Source of the DNA: Bacteroidia bacterium
GTDB lineage: Bacteria; Bacteroidota; Bacteroidia; UKL13-3
Assembly (NCBI GenBank): GCA_021740845.1
Contig: JAIOYZ010000004.1
Location: 54,142 to 118,141 of the forward strand
Direction: 5' to 3'
DNA: 64,000 bases
In this document: piece after piece, positions 1-9,681 of the stretch
How positions within the stretch are numbered: position 1 is the stretch's first letter
How the letters are laid out: every line of letters begins with the position of its first letter
Position numbers and translations under genes: made by a program
Notes under the pieces: generated by a model
Told to the model about the DNA's origin: nothing
Seen by the model: only the letters and a program-made list of their open reading frames with translations
The model's database searches: none

Positions 1-1
1 C

Positions 2-298
2 ATTCGATTTACTAGATTTAATGCAAAGAAAATCAGTAAGGTAGCAGTTTGTGGCGGTGCTGGAAGTTTCCTTTTGAAAAAGGCAATTGCCTCTGGAGCA
101 GACGCTTTTGTAACGGCAGATTTTAAGTACCACGAATTTTTTGATGCCGAAAATCGCTTGCTTATAGCTGATATTGGTCATTATGAGAGCGAAAAATTCA
201 CTAAATCTTTAATTTGTGAATTGATTCTCGAAAAATTTCCTACTTTTGCAATCCTTTTATCGAAAACAGATACCAACCCGATAAATTATTATTCATAA
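2..298 (+). CDS. Nif3-like dinuclear metal-center protein, C-terminal fragment (gene begins upstream of the window)
   Basis: The frame is open from base 2. The translation ...VAVCGGAGSFLLKKAIASGADAFVTADFKYHEFFDAENRLLIADIGHYESE... matches the conserved C-terminal half of NIF3/YbgI (COG0327). Track ORF 74..298 simply starts at an internal TTG. Confidence 0.75.
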   Translation: MRFTRFNAKKISKVAVCGGAGSFLLKKAIASGADAFVTADFKYHEFFDAENRLLIADIGHYESEKFTKSLICELILEKFPTFAILLSKTDTNPINYYS

Positions 299-300
299 TT

Positions 301-1065
301 ATGGCAGGAGCTTTAGAAACTAGCATAGAACAAAAATTAAAAGCTTTATATAAGCTTCAATTAATCGATTCGAAAATTGGTAAATTAACCGCTATACGTG
401 GTGAATTGCCAATGGAAGTTACAGATTTAGAAGATGAAATTGCTGGACAAGAAACCCGTTTATCTAATTTGATGGCTGATGTAAAGAAGCTAGAAGAAGT
501 TATAAATGTAAACAAAGGCAAGATTACAGATGCAAAAGCCTTAGTTAAAAAATACGAAAAGCAATTGGATAATGTTAAAAACAACCGTGAATTTGATGCC
601 TTGAATAAGGAAATTGAAATTCAAGGTTTGGAGCAACAAGCATTAGACAAGCGTATCAAAAACACCCAATTTGATATTGAGCAAAAGAAAATTTCTATGG
701 ATGCTTTAAAAGCTGAATTGGAAGGCAGGAAATTGGATTTGACCAACAAAAAAGGGGAATTAGAAAATATTGTTGCTGAAACTCAAAAAGAAGAAGATGA
801 ATTAATGAAGATTAGAGCAGCAGCTGTAAAGGTTGCCGATGATCGTTTGGTTCATTCTTATGATAGAATTCGTAAAAGCGTAAAGAATGGTATTGGTGTT
901 GCAACCATTGACCGTGAAAGTTGCAGCGGATGTTTTGCTGGAATTCCACCACAAAGACAAAGTGATATCAAACAACGTAAGAAAATTATAGTTTGCGAGA
1001 ATTGCGGACGAGTTTTAACCGATTCGGTTTTAGCCGAGGAAATTAGTCAAGAGTTTAACTCTTAA
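301..1065 (+). CDS. Coiled-coil / C4 zinc-ribbon protein (COG1579, DUF164-like)
   Basis: Long coiled-coil sequence ending in CSGC...CENCGR zinc-ribbon cysteines. This family is classically adjacent to Nif3 genes. The start lies 2 nt after the upstream stop. Confidence 0.75.
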   Translation: MAGALETSIEQKLKALYKLQLIDSKIGKLTAIRGELPMEVTDLEDEIAGQETRLSNLMADVKKLEEVINVNKGKITDAKALVKKYEKQLDNVKNNREFDALNKEIEIQGLEQQALDKRIKNTQFDIEQKKISMDALKAELEGRKLDLTNKKGELENIVAETQKEEDELMKIRAAAVKVADDRLVHSYDRIRKSVKNGIGVATIDRESCSGCFAGIPPQRQSDIKQRKKIIVCENCGRVLTDSVLAEEISQEFNS

Positions 1066-1070
1066 AAAAA

Positions 1071-1097
1071 AAGTCGCTTATAGCGACTTTTTTTTTA
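1071..1097. terminator. Bidirectional rho-independent terminator
   Basis: Perfect 8-bp stem aagtcgct / agcgactt (1071-1078 / 1082-1089) with a 3-nt loop, preceded by an A-run and followed by a T-run. Confidence 0.7.
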
Positions 1098-1135
1098 ACC
1101 CAAAATTCAGAGTCATTGCGTACTTTCGAATTTCA

Positions 1136-2659
1136 ATGATGGCTTCAAAAATCTATAGCAAGTTTTTATTCTCCTTTGGCAAATTAATTTGCACTCCTTT
1201 GTTTTTTATTCTCCTTGGTATTCAACCTACGAGAGCCTCATATTTTTCGTATACTACCCCGCTTTTAGAAAGTCAGAACTATTTGGCTCGTTTGCAATTG
1301 AGTTTAGCCAATCCATTGATAGATTCTGAGATTGCCAAACATCCTGGAAATGTTGCTGGTTTTTATTTAAAACACTATTCGATATTTTATAAAGTGATGG
1401 TTTTGCAGGATAAGAAATTTCTTCCTGAATTTGAATCCATTCATTTAAAAACCCTAAAAGCCATTCAAGAACTACCAGACCAAAATCCAGAGAAATTGTT
1501 CCTAAAATCAAGCATACATTTGCAGAGTGCATTGCTAAAAGGAGCCTTCGGTGAATACCTCTCCGCCGCTTGGGATTTTCGTTCAGCCTACCAAGAAGTA
1601 AATTTAAACGAAAAGAATTTCCCTTCTTATTTAGGACACCAAAAAGAAAGAGGTGCTTTAATGGCTTTAATTGGCACCTTTCCAAGCCAATACCAATGGG
1701 TTGTAGATGTGGTTGGTTTAGAAGGCGATTTTAATAAAGGATTATCAATTTTAAAGGAGTATATAAATAAAGGTGAAAAAGAACCCTTAGTAGAAAGGCA
1801 ACAAGCAATTGTTTTTTATACCTTAATTCAATTAAATTTTGGTGTCGATAAAAAGGAGGCTTGGCATTTTTATCAACCGTTTATTACCGAATCTAAAACG
1901 AGTTTAATGCAAACCTATGTTGGTGCTTATGTGGCTGGAAGATGTGGCGAAAATGAGGTGGCTATTAAATTGTTAAAAAATAAACCACAAGAGGATAGCT
2001 ACCTTAAAGTAACTTATCTCGATTTCTTAATGGGAGAATACTTGTTGCAACAACTCGATTTTTCAGCTGCTATTTGGGTCAAAAAGTACATTGCTTTTAG
2101 TCCAACAAAAGGACAACTTAAGGAAGCATACCAAAAATTATCTTGGATTTCTTGGTTGCAAAATGACACTTCAAAATTCTTGACCTATAAAAGTATGATG
2201 GAGAAATACACCAAGGACGCAGGTTCGGAAGGAAAATTGTTGGATCAAGATTTAGCTAAGAATATTTTTCCTTCAAAGGAGCTGTTAAAAGCTCGCTTGC
2301 TTTTTGATGGAGGGTATTTTAAAGAATCCTTTGCTCAATTGAGTAAAGTAAATCCCAACATTCTTTCAAGTACCTTTCAGAAAATTGAATGGTTTTATAG
2401 AAATGGTAGGTTGTTTCAAGAGGAAAATAAGTGGGCTAGTGCCATTGATTTTTATAAGAAGTGTTTGAACCAAACTCCCACTATTAACTCATATATGGTT
2501 CCAAATGCTGCCTTGCAATTAGGTATTATTTATGAGAAACTAAATTATTTGGATTTGGCTAAAGTCTATTATTCAAAAGTTTTAACCTACAGCAATTACG
2601 ATTACGAAAGTAGTTTGAGACAAAAGGCCAAGAGCAATCTAATTAGAGTTCAAAAATAA
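1136..2659 (+). CDS. Hypothetical protein with N-terminal hydrophobic segment, helical-repeat (TPR-like) appearance
   Basis: 507-aa ORF with a hydrophobic N-terminus (LFSFGKLICTPLFFILLGI) and a helical-repeat-like C-terminal part (YYSKVL, ALQLGIIYEKL). I do not recognise a specific family. Confidence 0.55.
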   Translation: MMASKIYSKFLFSFGKLICTPLFFILLGIQPTRASYFSYTTPLLESQNYLARLQLSLANPLIDSEIAKHPGNVAGFYLKHYSIFYKVMVLQDKKFLPEFESIHLKTLKAIQELPDQNPEKLFLKSSIHLQSALLKGAFGEYLSAAWDFRSAYQEVNLNEKNFPSYLGHQKERGALMALIGTFPSQYQWVVDVVGLEGDFNKGLSILKEYINKGEKEPLVERQQAIVFYTLIQLNFGVDKKEAWHFYQPFITESKTSLMQTYVGAYVAGRCGENEVAIKLLKNKPQEDSYLKVTYLDFLMGEYLLQQLDFSAAIWVKKYIAFSPTKGQLKEAYQKLSWISWLQNDTSKFLTYKSMMEKYTKDAGSEGKLLDQDLAKNIFPSKELLKARLLFDGGYFKESFAQLSKVNPNILSSTFQKIEWFYRNGRLFQEENKWASAIDFYKKCLNQTPTINSYMVPNAALQLGIIYEKLNYLDLAKVYYSKVLTYSNYDYESSLRQKAKSNLIRVQK

Positions 2660-2823
2660 ATAGAAAAGTCTCTTAGAAATCATTATATATTTGTATTCCC
2701 ATAAATGGAAAATGATGCTTAGCTGTTGTCGTTTTAGGAAATTAAAACAGTATAAAAACATTCATTTTCAGTTGTATAGGCTTTGGACCCTTATTTGATT
2801 ATTACCTGAAACAAAAATAAACA

Positions 2824-4827
2824 ATGAAAAAATTAGCTGTATTAATTTTGATTTTTATCACCTTGGAATCTTGCAAAAAGTTAAGCAATACCTCGGTAGA
2901 AGAACCTACCCCTTCTGATAATGTTACCGACATGAATCAACTGGTGGTGCCAAAAGGGTTTAATTACAAAACCAGTGATGAAGTAGAATTTTCAATTACT
3001 TTATTAAACAACAACGATGAACCTTTAAAACATGTACGCATTGATATTATGAGTGCGGCACCTGAGGATGGTGGCATAATTTATACTACCGGAGCAACCA
3101 ATAACCAAGGGAAATTAGTTCTTAAAAAGGAGTTGCCATTAACGGTTAAAGAAGTTGTTTTGAATACAGATTATATTGGTTTGCCCAACAATGTTTTGTT
3201 GTCTATTCAAGCCCATTCAGCCGCCATTACTTTAGGAGGAAAATTGCCTCAAAAAATCAGAACAATCAATGAGAATAAATATTCTGGTCAAGCTACTTTG
3301 GGTAAAAGCACTTCACAATATTCTTATCGTTTAGGTTCATACAATTCCTCTGGGGTACCAAATTACTTAATTACTCCAAACGATGTGATAAGTTCCACCT
3401 TTTTGGATGATGTAAATGCATCGCTACCAGAAAGACAACCTGTTCCAACTTATAAGCCTCAATATCTTTCTTCATCTGTTGAGAGAAATTTAATTATTAA
3501 AGAACTATGTGATGTTTGGATTACGTTTGTTCATGAGGGAGCTGGTTACCAAAATTCGTTGTTTTATTTTGTTTATAATGTTAATAATAAACCAACATCC
3601 ATTAGTGAAGTAGATTCATTTATTGCGGTTTTTCCAAATGCATCTTATTCTGGAAGTGGAGGAGGAATGACTACTGGAAATAAAGTGAAAATTGGAAGAT
3701 TTGGTGCAGATACCGCAGTTGGTTTTGCTATTGCTGCCAATGGTTGGAATGGAACATCTGTAGGAAATGGTCTTGGATTCTATACCACAATAAAATCTAT
3801 GAATCCTGAAGTTGATGTAAATAAAAAAGAGCATGTAGTTTTATTATATGATAACCCAACCCAACGATTTTTAATTGGATTTGAAGATTTAAATCGCGGC
3901 AATGGTAGCGACGATGATTTTAACGATGTGGTGGTTTATGCAACTGTTAATCCAGTAAAGGCAATTGAAATTATAAATGTATTACCAACTACTCCTTCAG
4001 TGGATGCTGATGAGGATGGAGTAAATGATGCTTACGACGAATATCCTACCGATCCATTGCGTGCATTTAATGTGTATTATCCATCTTCTACTACTATGGC
4101 GAGTGTAGCCTTTGAAGATTTATGGCCAAGTAAAGGTGATTATGATTTAAATGATGTGGTTGTAGATTTTCAGTACCATGCAGTAACAAATGGAAATAAT
4201 GAAATTAAGGATTTGAATGCGAAATTTAAATTACGCGCCGCAGGAGGAGTATTTAAAAATGCTTTTTCAGTTGAGTTTCCATTTAATAGAACCAATGTTA
4301 CAACCAATTCTGGTAGCACAACTTTAGGTTTAGAAGCCGAAGCAACAACTGCAATTTTAAAAGTGTTCTCCAATTCAAAATCTATTATCTCTACATACAA
4401 TACACTTGAGGGAAAAGGTTATGTAGAAACAGACACTTTGTTCACAAGAATGACCCTTACCACACCTGTCTTAGCAACCATAGGTACGTTTAATCCATTT
4501 ATTTATATCGATGAATCTGGAAAGGGTAGAGGATTTGAGGTTCATTTGCCTGGAAAAACACCAACTTCTTTGGTGAATACAGCTATTTTAGGAACCAATT
4601 CGGATGCTACAAATGCTGGAACTGGAGTTTATTATAAAACCAGTGCAGGTTTGCCTTTTGCTATTTCTACACCAGAGAAATTTGATTACCCTTACGAGAA
4701 AATACAAATTATTGCTGCACATAAGAAATTTGCTGCTTGGGTTCAAAGCGGAGGAGCTAGCTTCGACGATTGGTATAAGAATTTAAGTGAATATCGCGAC
4801 AATACTAAAATTTATTCCAAGCCTTAA
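2824..4827 (+). CDS. LruC-domain (DUF4842-like) lipoprotein
   Basis: Lipoprotein signal MKKLAVLILIFITLESC. Repeated acidic motifs GSDDDFNDVVVY and GDYDLNDVVVDF are typical of DUF4114/LruC-domain proteins, as far as I recall the family. Confidence 0.65.
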   Translation: MKKLAVLILIFITLESCKKLSNTSVEEPTPSDNVTDMNQLVVPKGFNYKTSDEVEFSITLLNNNDEPLKHVRIDIMSAAPEDGGIIYTTGATNNQGKLVLKKELPLTVKEVVLNTDYIGLPNNVLLSIQAHSAAITLGGKLPQKIRTINENKYSGQATLGKSTSQYSYRLGSYNSSGVPNYLITPNDVISSTFLDDVNASLPERQPVPTYKPQYLSSSVERNLIIKELCDVWITFVHEGAGYQNSLFYFVYNVNNKPTSISEVDSFIAVFPNASYSGSGGGMTTGNKVKIGRFGADTAVGFAIAANGWNGTSVGNGLGFYTTIKSMNPEVDVNKKEHVVLLYDNPTQRFLIGFEDLNRGNGSDDDFNDVVVYATVNPVKAIEIINVLPTTPSVDADEDGVNDAYDEYPTDPLRAFNVYYPSSTTMASVAFEDLWPSKGDYDLNDVVVDFQYHAVTNGNNEIKDLNAKFKLRAAGGVFKNAFSVEFPFNRTNVTTNSGSTTLGLEAEATTAILKVFSNSKSIISTYNTLEGKGYVETDTLFTRMTLTTPVLATIGTFNPFIYIDESGKGRGFEVHLPGKTPTSLVNTAILGTNSDATNAGTGVYYKTSAGLPFAISTPEKFDYPYEKIQIIAAHKKFAAWVQSGGASFDDWYKNLSEYRDNTKIYSKP

Positions 4828-4844
4828 TTTTTATTTTTTTTCAG

Positions 4845-4874
4845 AAAGAGAGAAGCTTATTAACTTCTCTCTTT
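4845..4874 (+). terminator. Hairpin terminator downstream of the LruC-like gene
   Basis: 11-bp perfect stem aaagagagaag / cttctctcttt (4845-4855 / 4864-4874) with an 8-nt loop. The T-tract is weak. Confidence 0.55.
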
Positions 4875-4896
4875 CAATAACTAAGTTTAATAATTG

Positions 4897-5265
4897 ATGG
4901 AGATTCAAAAAAAAGTACTGTTAATAGACGACGATCCAATTAACAACTATGTTAACAAGCGCTTAATAACAAGGCTATTTTCTGTGGTAGAAATAGTTGA
5001 ATTTTTGGATGCTGTATCGGCTTTGGAATACTTAAAAGAAAACACCCCTGAAATTATTTTCTTAGATATCAACATGCCTGAAATGGATGGTTGGCAGTTT
5101 TTGGAAAATTATCGTACCTATACCAATAGAACGAAAGTAGTAATTTTAACATCTTCTATAGATCCTAGTGATAGATTAAGATCAGAACAATTTGATTTTG
5201 TTGAAGGTTTTTTTGTTAAGCCTTTGAATATTTCCAATACTAATGAAGCACTTTCTAAAGTTTAA
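4897..5265 (+). CDS. Single-domain response regulator (CheY-like receiver only)
   Basis: KVLLIDDDPINN...IIFLDINMPEMDGWQFLE...VVILTSS...KP is the canonical REC domain, with no output domain. The ATG at 4897 follows the TTG used by the track. Confidence 0.8.
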   Translation: MEIQKKVLLIDDDPINNYVNKRLITRLFSVVEIVEFLDAVSALEYLKENTPEIIFLDINMPEMDGWQFLENYRTYTNRTKVVILTSSIDPSDRLRSEQFDFVEGFFVKPLNISNTNEALSKV

Positions 5266-5288
5266 TTTTTAAGGTTGTTTATTATACA

Positions 5289-5296
5289 TATTTTTG
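5289..5296 (+). promoter_or_regulatory. Candidate Bacteroidota -7 promoter box (TAnnTTTG) for lysS
   Basis: tatttttg matches TAnnTTTG, 10 nt upstream of the lysS ATG. It is followed by gcagcc, as at the typA box. No convincing -33 element was seen. Confidence 0.3.
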
Positions 5297-5306
5297 CAGC
5301 CTTTAT

Positions 5307-6866
5307 ATGGAAAATCAAAATCATTTAAGCGAGCCAGAACGTATTCGCAGACAGAAATTAGAAGAGCTGAACCGCTTAGGCATAGATGCCTACCCGCCAG
5401 AATTATTTGAAATCACAACAAATTCTGTTGAAATAAAACAGGGTTTTGCAGAGAATCCAGAGGATTTGAAGTGGAAGGAAGTTAGCGTTGCTGGTAGAAT
5501 TATGAGTGTTCGCGATATGGGAAAAGCAAATTTTGTAGTAATACAAGATGATTTAGGTCGTGTACAAGCATATGTGCGTAGAGATGATATTTGCACTGGA
5601 GAAGACAAAAGTTTTTACGATGTAGTTTTTAAAAAACTATTAGATATTGGTGATATTATTGGAATAAAAGGGCATGTTTTCACAACCAAAACGGGCGAGA
5701 TTTCTATACATGCCAGTTCTGTAAAATTATTAACTAAAGCTTTGCATCCGCTTCCAATTGTAAAAGAAAAAGAGGGTGAAACTTTTGATGCAGTTACCGA
5801 TCCAGAATTTAGATACCGCCAACGTTATGCAGATTTAATTGTAAATCCTCACGTAAAAGATACTTTCCAAAAACGTTCTCAAATGATTCGTTCTATCCGT
5901 GATTTTTTAAATGATCATGGAGCTCTAGAGGTGGATACTCCTGTTTTGCAAAATATCCCAGGAGGAGCAGCAGCTAAACCATTCATCACACATCACAATG
6001 CTTTGGATGTTCCTTTTTATTTGAGAATTGCAAACGAGCTTTATCTGAAAAGATTAATAGTTGGTGGATTTGATTGGGTTTATGAATTTAGCAGAAACTT
6101 TAGAAATGAAGGAATGGACAAAACTCATAATCCAGAATTTACCGTTTTAGAGTTTTATGTTGCCTACAAAGATTATTTCTGGATGATGGATTTTACCGAG
6201 AAAATGCTTGAAAAAGTAGCCTTGGATATTCATGGTACAACAGAAGTGAAAATGGGTGAAAATATTTTGAATTTTAAAGCTCCCTATAAACGTATTTCCA
6301 TTTTTGAAGCCATTGAACAATACACCGGTTTTGATGTAAGTGAAATGGATGAAAGTGGATTGAGAGAAGTTTGTAAGAAATTACATATTGAGGTTGATCC
6401 AAACTACGGAAAAGGGAAATTAATTGATGAAATTTTTGGTGAAAAATGCGAAGGCAATTTTATTCAACCAACCTATATCATCGATTATCCTGTTGAAATG
6501 AGCCCTCTTACCAAAAAACACAGAACTAAAAAAGGTTTGGTGGAGCGTTTTGAGTTAATGGTAAACGGCAAAGAAATAGCAAATGCATATACAGAGTTAA
6601 ACGACCCATTGGATCAAAGAGAAAGATTTGAAGAGCAAGTGCGTTTAATGGAACGTGGTGATGATGAAGCAATGTTTATCGACCATGATTTTTTACGTGC
6701 TTTGGAATACGGAATGCCTCCTACAGCTGGTATTGGAATTGGAATTGACCGTTTGTGTATGCTTATGACAAACCAAGTTTCAATTCAGGATGTATTGTTC
6801 TTCCCTCAAATGCGTCCAGAAGTTGGAAGTGCCGCAAATACTGGTAATGAAGAGGAAACGGAATAA
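5307..6866 (+). CDS. lysS: Lysine--tRNA ligase, class II
   Basis: Full-length match to the LysS architecture: an N-terminal OB anticodon-binding domain and class II motifs (FRNEG, ELNDP, GIGIDRL). Confidence 0.95.
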   Translation: MENQNHLSEPERIRRQKLEELNRLGIDAYPPELFEITTNSVEIKQGFAENPEDLKWKEVSVAGRIMSVRDMGKANFVVIQDDLGRVQAYVRRDDICTGEDKSFYDVVFKKLLDIGDIIGIKGHVFTTKTGEISIHASSVKLLTKALHPLPIVKEKEGETFDAVTDPEFRYRQRYADLIVNPHVKDTFQKRSQMIRSIRDFLNDHGALEVDTPVLQNIPGGAAAKPFITHHNALDVPFYLRIANELYLKRLIVGGFDWVYEFSRNFRNEGMDKTHNPEFTVLEFYVAYKDYFWMMDFTEKMLEKVALDIHGTTEVKMGENILNFKAPYKRISIFEAIEQYTGFDVSEMDESGLREVCKKLHIEVDPNYGKGKLIDEIFGEKCEGNFIQPTYIIDYPVEMSPLTKKHRTKKGLVERFELMVNGKEIANAYTELNDPLDQRERFEEQVRLMERGDDEAMFIDHDFLRALEYGMPPTAGIGIGIDRLCMLMTNQVSIQDVLFFPQMRPEVGSAANTGNEEETE

Positions 6867-7003
6867 ATTGGATTTACAACAAATAAGGGAAATTTTCAAT
6901 TATTAGTATTTTGATTATCAGTGTTTTGACTTTTTGTGTGGTAGGAGATTAGTTAATTTGCTAGATATGTGTTTTTTTGCAGTAAATAGATAAAAGATTG
7001 AAT

Positions 7004-7804
7004 ATGGACATTGTAAAGACAAAGTCTAAAAAAAGTATAATTTCAAATATGGCTAAGGATACAATAAAATCAGTTGTTGTTGACGATGTTGACATGATGA
7101 GGGCCACACTAAAGAAGGTGTTGGATGGTTTTCCAAATATTGAAATAATTGGAGAAGCTTCTGATTATGAATCAGCACGTGAGGTGATTAACGAAACCAA
7201 ACCTGATTTGGTTTTTTTGGATATCGACTTAAATGGACTTACCTCAATTGATTTGTTAAATGAAATAAACTGTAGTCCCAAAATTATCTTCATCACCTCT
7301 CATCCAGATTTTGCAATTAAGGCATTTGAATTAAACGCGGTTGATTATATTTTGAAACCAATTAGCGGTGATCGCTTGAAAAAAGCAATTGATAGAGTAA
7401 CAGAAATGAATGATGAAGGTGGAAGTATGCCTGCCACCACATTTGATGATTCTGAAGAGCGTTTTAAACCAGATCAAATTATTTTATTAAACTTTGATAG
7501 CAAGTTAACTTTTATCAAAATTCAAGATATCAACTATATTGAGGCTTTTGGTAACTATACTAAAATTTACATGAACGATGGTAAATTGAGTATTACATAT
7601 AATTCTATCAAGAATTGGGATAATCGTTTGCCTAGTGATGTATTTATCCAAATACATCGTTCTACCATAGTTAATTTATTAAACGTTGCTAAGATTGAAA
7701 AATGGACGAATGATACCGGCCGTTTGTTCTTAAAAGGCATCGAAAAACCTTTTGAAATTAGTAGAAGTTACTTCTTCCAAATTAAGAAGAAATACAAAGT
7801 ATAA
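7004..7804 (+). CDS. LytR/AlgR-family response regulator (REC + LytTR DNA-binding domain)
   Basis: REC domain (VVVDDVDMMR...LVFLDIDLNG...KP) followed by a LytTR-like C-terminus (IQIHRSTIVNL...). The start is uncertain: ATG at 7004 or 7049; the track uses TTG at 6998. Confidence 0.85.
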   Translation: MDIVKTKSKKSIISNMAKDTIKSVVVDDVDMMRATLKKVLDGFPNIEIIGEASDYESAREVINETKPDLVFLDIDLNGLTSIDLLNEINCSPKIIFITSHPDFAIKAFELNAVDYILKPISGDRLKKAIDRVTEMNDEGGSMPATTFDDSEERFKPDQIILLNFDSKLTFIKIQDINYIEAFGNYTKIYMNDGKLSITYNSIKNWDNRLPSDVFIQIHRSTIVNLLNVAKIEKWTNDTGRLFLKGIEKPFEISRSYFFQIKKKYKV

Positions 7805-7808
7805 TTTT

Positions 7809-7818
7809 GGTTCAAACC
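7809..7818 (+). repeat. Copy of the over-represented dyad motif (core GGTTCAAACC)
   Basis: ttttGGTTCAAACCaaat. Intergenic, 5 nt after the regulator stop, with fully symmetric 7-bp arms TTTGGTT/AACCAAA. Confidence 0.8.
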
Positions 7819-7828
7819 AAATAAAAAA

Positions 7829-7853
7829 AGCCACTTTATGAGTGGCTTTTTTT
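7829..7853. terminator. Bidirectional rho-independent terminator between convergent genes
   Basis: Stem agccact / agtggct (7829-7835 / 7841-7847), A-run before and T-run after. Confidence 0.7.
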
Positions 7854-7856
7854 ATG

Positions 7857-8729
7857 CTATTTTTTAAAGTGATATCGAGCTAAAATTCCAAGTGGTAGTT
7901 GCACTCCAGATTTTGCTTGCAAATACAATTCGCCATTTTCTAAGTTCACAGTTTGTTTAAAGCTTTGCTGAACCAAGTTTTGAACCAATAAAGCACTTAA
8001 GCCGAGTGAGTATACATTTAATATTAAGAAATGTTCTTCTGTGTCCAATAACAAGGCGATGTCTTTTAATAACTCGTTGATATTGTCTTCCAATTGCCAT
8101 CTTTCTCCATTGGCTCCAATTCCGTATGCTGGAGGATCTAAAATAATTCCGTGATAGGTTTTTCCTCTCTTTACTTCACGTTTTACATATTTCATGGCAT
8201 CTTCTACCACCCAACGAATATTATCTAATTTGGAGGCTTCCATATTCTCTTTACTCCAACTGATAACTTGCTTTACAGAATCTACATGGGTTACATCTGC
8301 TCCTGCCGCTTTTGCTGCAATGCTTGCACCACCGGTATAGGCAAATAAATTTAAAAACTTTGCGTCTTTTATAGGTTTAAGGTTATCATAAATATAATCC
8401 CAATTGGCGGCTTGCTCTGGGAAAATACCAACGTGCTTAAACGAGGTTAGTGATAAATTAAACTTTAAATTGAAACTTGGGTTTTGGTATTGAAGATGCC
8501 ATTTGGTTGGCTTTTTTTTAGGATTTATCCATTCTCCATTATGACTTCCATTTTGTCTGAAGGTAATATCAGTTAATTTTTTCCATTCAATTTCATCCCA
8601 AACTTTATCCCATAAAGCTTGAGGTTCTGGACGTCTTAGAATAACGGAACCAAAGCGTTCAAGTTTTTCAAAATTTCCGCAATCTAATAATTCGTAATCG
8701 TGCCAGTTTTGTGGTGTAAAAGTTTGCAT
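7857..8729 (-). CDS. Class I SAM-dependent methyltransferase (COG1092, RlmI-like catalytic domain)
   Basis: NLFAYTGGASIAAKAAGA.VTHVDS...IILDPPAYG are SAM-binding and catalytic motifs of the RlmI/COG1092 group. The ATG at 8729 is preferred over the TTG at 8753. Confidence 0.8.
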   Translation of the reverse strand: MQTFTPQNWHDYELLDCGNFEKLERFGSVILRRPEPQALWDKVWDEIEWKKLTDITFRQNGSHNGEWINPKKKPTKWHLQYQNPSFNLKFNLSLTSFKHVGIFPEQAANWDYIYDNLKPIKDAKFLNLFAYTGGASIAAKAAGADVTHVDSVKQVISWSKENMEASKLDNIRWVVEDAMKYVKREVKRGKTYHGIILDPPAYGIGANGERWQLEDNINELLKDIALLLDTEEHFLILNVYSLGLSALLVQNLVQQSFKQTVNLENGELYLQAKSGVQLPLGILARYHFKK

Positions 8730-8746
8730 TTGTGCGTGTATTAATA

Positions 8747-8756
8747 GGTTCAAACC
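8747..8756 (+). repeat. Copy of the over-represented dyad motif (core GGTTCAAACC)
   Basis: ataGGTTCAAACCtac, in the short gap between the methyltransferase and rnz genes. Confidence 0.8.
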
Positions 8757-8765
8757 TACTATTGT

Positions 8766-9680
8766 TTATTCAAGAATAAAGGTGCTACCTTCTAATGCCA
8801 ATCTTGTGTTGGGGAATTCACTTTTGGCCTCTTCTAATAGAGGTGTTAAATCTTCGTAGCGAGATGAAAAATGACCAATCAATAATTGATTAACATTGGC
8901 TTTTTTTGCAACCATGCCTGCTTGTTTAGCCGTGGTATGCATGGTTTTAATTGCTCTATCCAATTTATCATGCATAAACGTAGATTCATGGTAAAGGTAA
9001 TCCGCATCTTCTATTGCCTTAATCACGCGTTCATCAAAAATTGTATCCGAACAATAGGCATAAGAAATAGGACGAGTAGATGGGAAAGTTAATTCTTCGT
9101 TTTTTATTTTTTTGCCATCAGCTGTAATATAATCCTTACCCATTTTTATGTCGTTGAAATGGGTAAAAGGAACTTTCAGTTTTTGACAAGCATCAACGTT
9201 TAATTTTTTTAGCATAAATCGTTCCTCAAGAAGGTAGCCAATGGTTGGCACCCTGTGATATAAAGGAAACGACTTAACTCTAAAATATAAATTTTCTAAT
9301 ACAATAGTTTGTTCATTTGGGTCAACAGCATGGTAAATTAATGGAAAGCTAAAATCAGTTTCTGAATGCTTAAAGAATACATCCAAAATTTCAAAAAGTT
9401 CTTTAGGTCCATATACATTAACAGGCTGTTCGTGCTTCATTAAATTCATAGAAAGCAATAAGCCTGGTAAACCTAAAATATGATCGCCATGCACGTGGCT
9501 AATGAATATATGCGATAATTTAGATTTCTTAATTTTATAGCGTTGAAGTTGCATTTGAGTACCCTCACCACAATCAATTAATATATGATTATCGCAAATG
9601 TTTAAGTATTGGCCACTCGGATGCCGGTTTAGGGTTGGAGAGGCGGAACTATTGCCCAATATGGTAACTTCAAATGCCAT
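8766..9680 (-). CDS. rnz: Ribonuclease Z (tRNA 3-prime endonuclease)
   Basis: Metallo-beta-lactamase motif HVHGDHILGLPGLL and the RNase Z N-terminus (ILGNSSASPT..R..S). Confidence 0.9.
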   Translation of the reverse strand: MAFEVTILGNSSASPTLNRHPSGQYLNICDNHILIDCGEGTQMQLQRYKIKKSKLSHIFISHVHGDHILGLPGLLLSMNLMKHEQPVNVYGPKELFEILDVFFKHSETDFSFPLIYHAVDPNEQTIVLENLYFRVKSFPLYHRVPTIGYLLEERFMLKKLNVDACQKLKVPFTHFNDIKMGKDYITADGKKIKNEELTFPSTRPISYAYCSDTIFDERVIKAIEDADYLYHESTFMHDKLDRAIKTMHTTAKQAGMVAKKANVNQLLIGHFSSRYEDLTPLLEEAKSEFPNTRLALEGSTFILE

Positions 9681-9681
9681 C

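Noticed and set aside
357-584. Antisense or alternate-frame track ORFs lying entirely inside well-supported genes. Examples: 357-584, 1254-1685, 3616-3834, 4170-4400, 5390-5608, 8886-9092, 12053-12256, 14242-14505, 16277-16504, 17485-17706, 18125-18646, 20572-21231, 27240-27623, 28339-28539, 38395-38687, 44513-45389, 50829-52436, 56149-57062, 57163-57647, 58081-58700, 63091-63532.
   Set aside because: Each is embedded in a longer ORF with clear family-level homology on the other strand or frame. Their translations are low-complexity or hydrophobic noise typical of AT-rich shadow ORFs.
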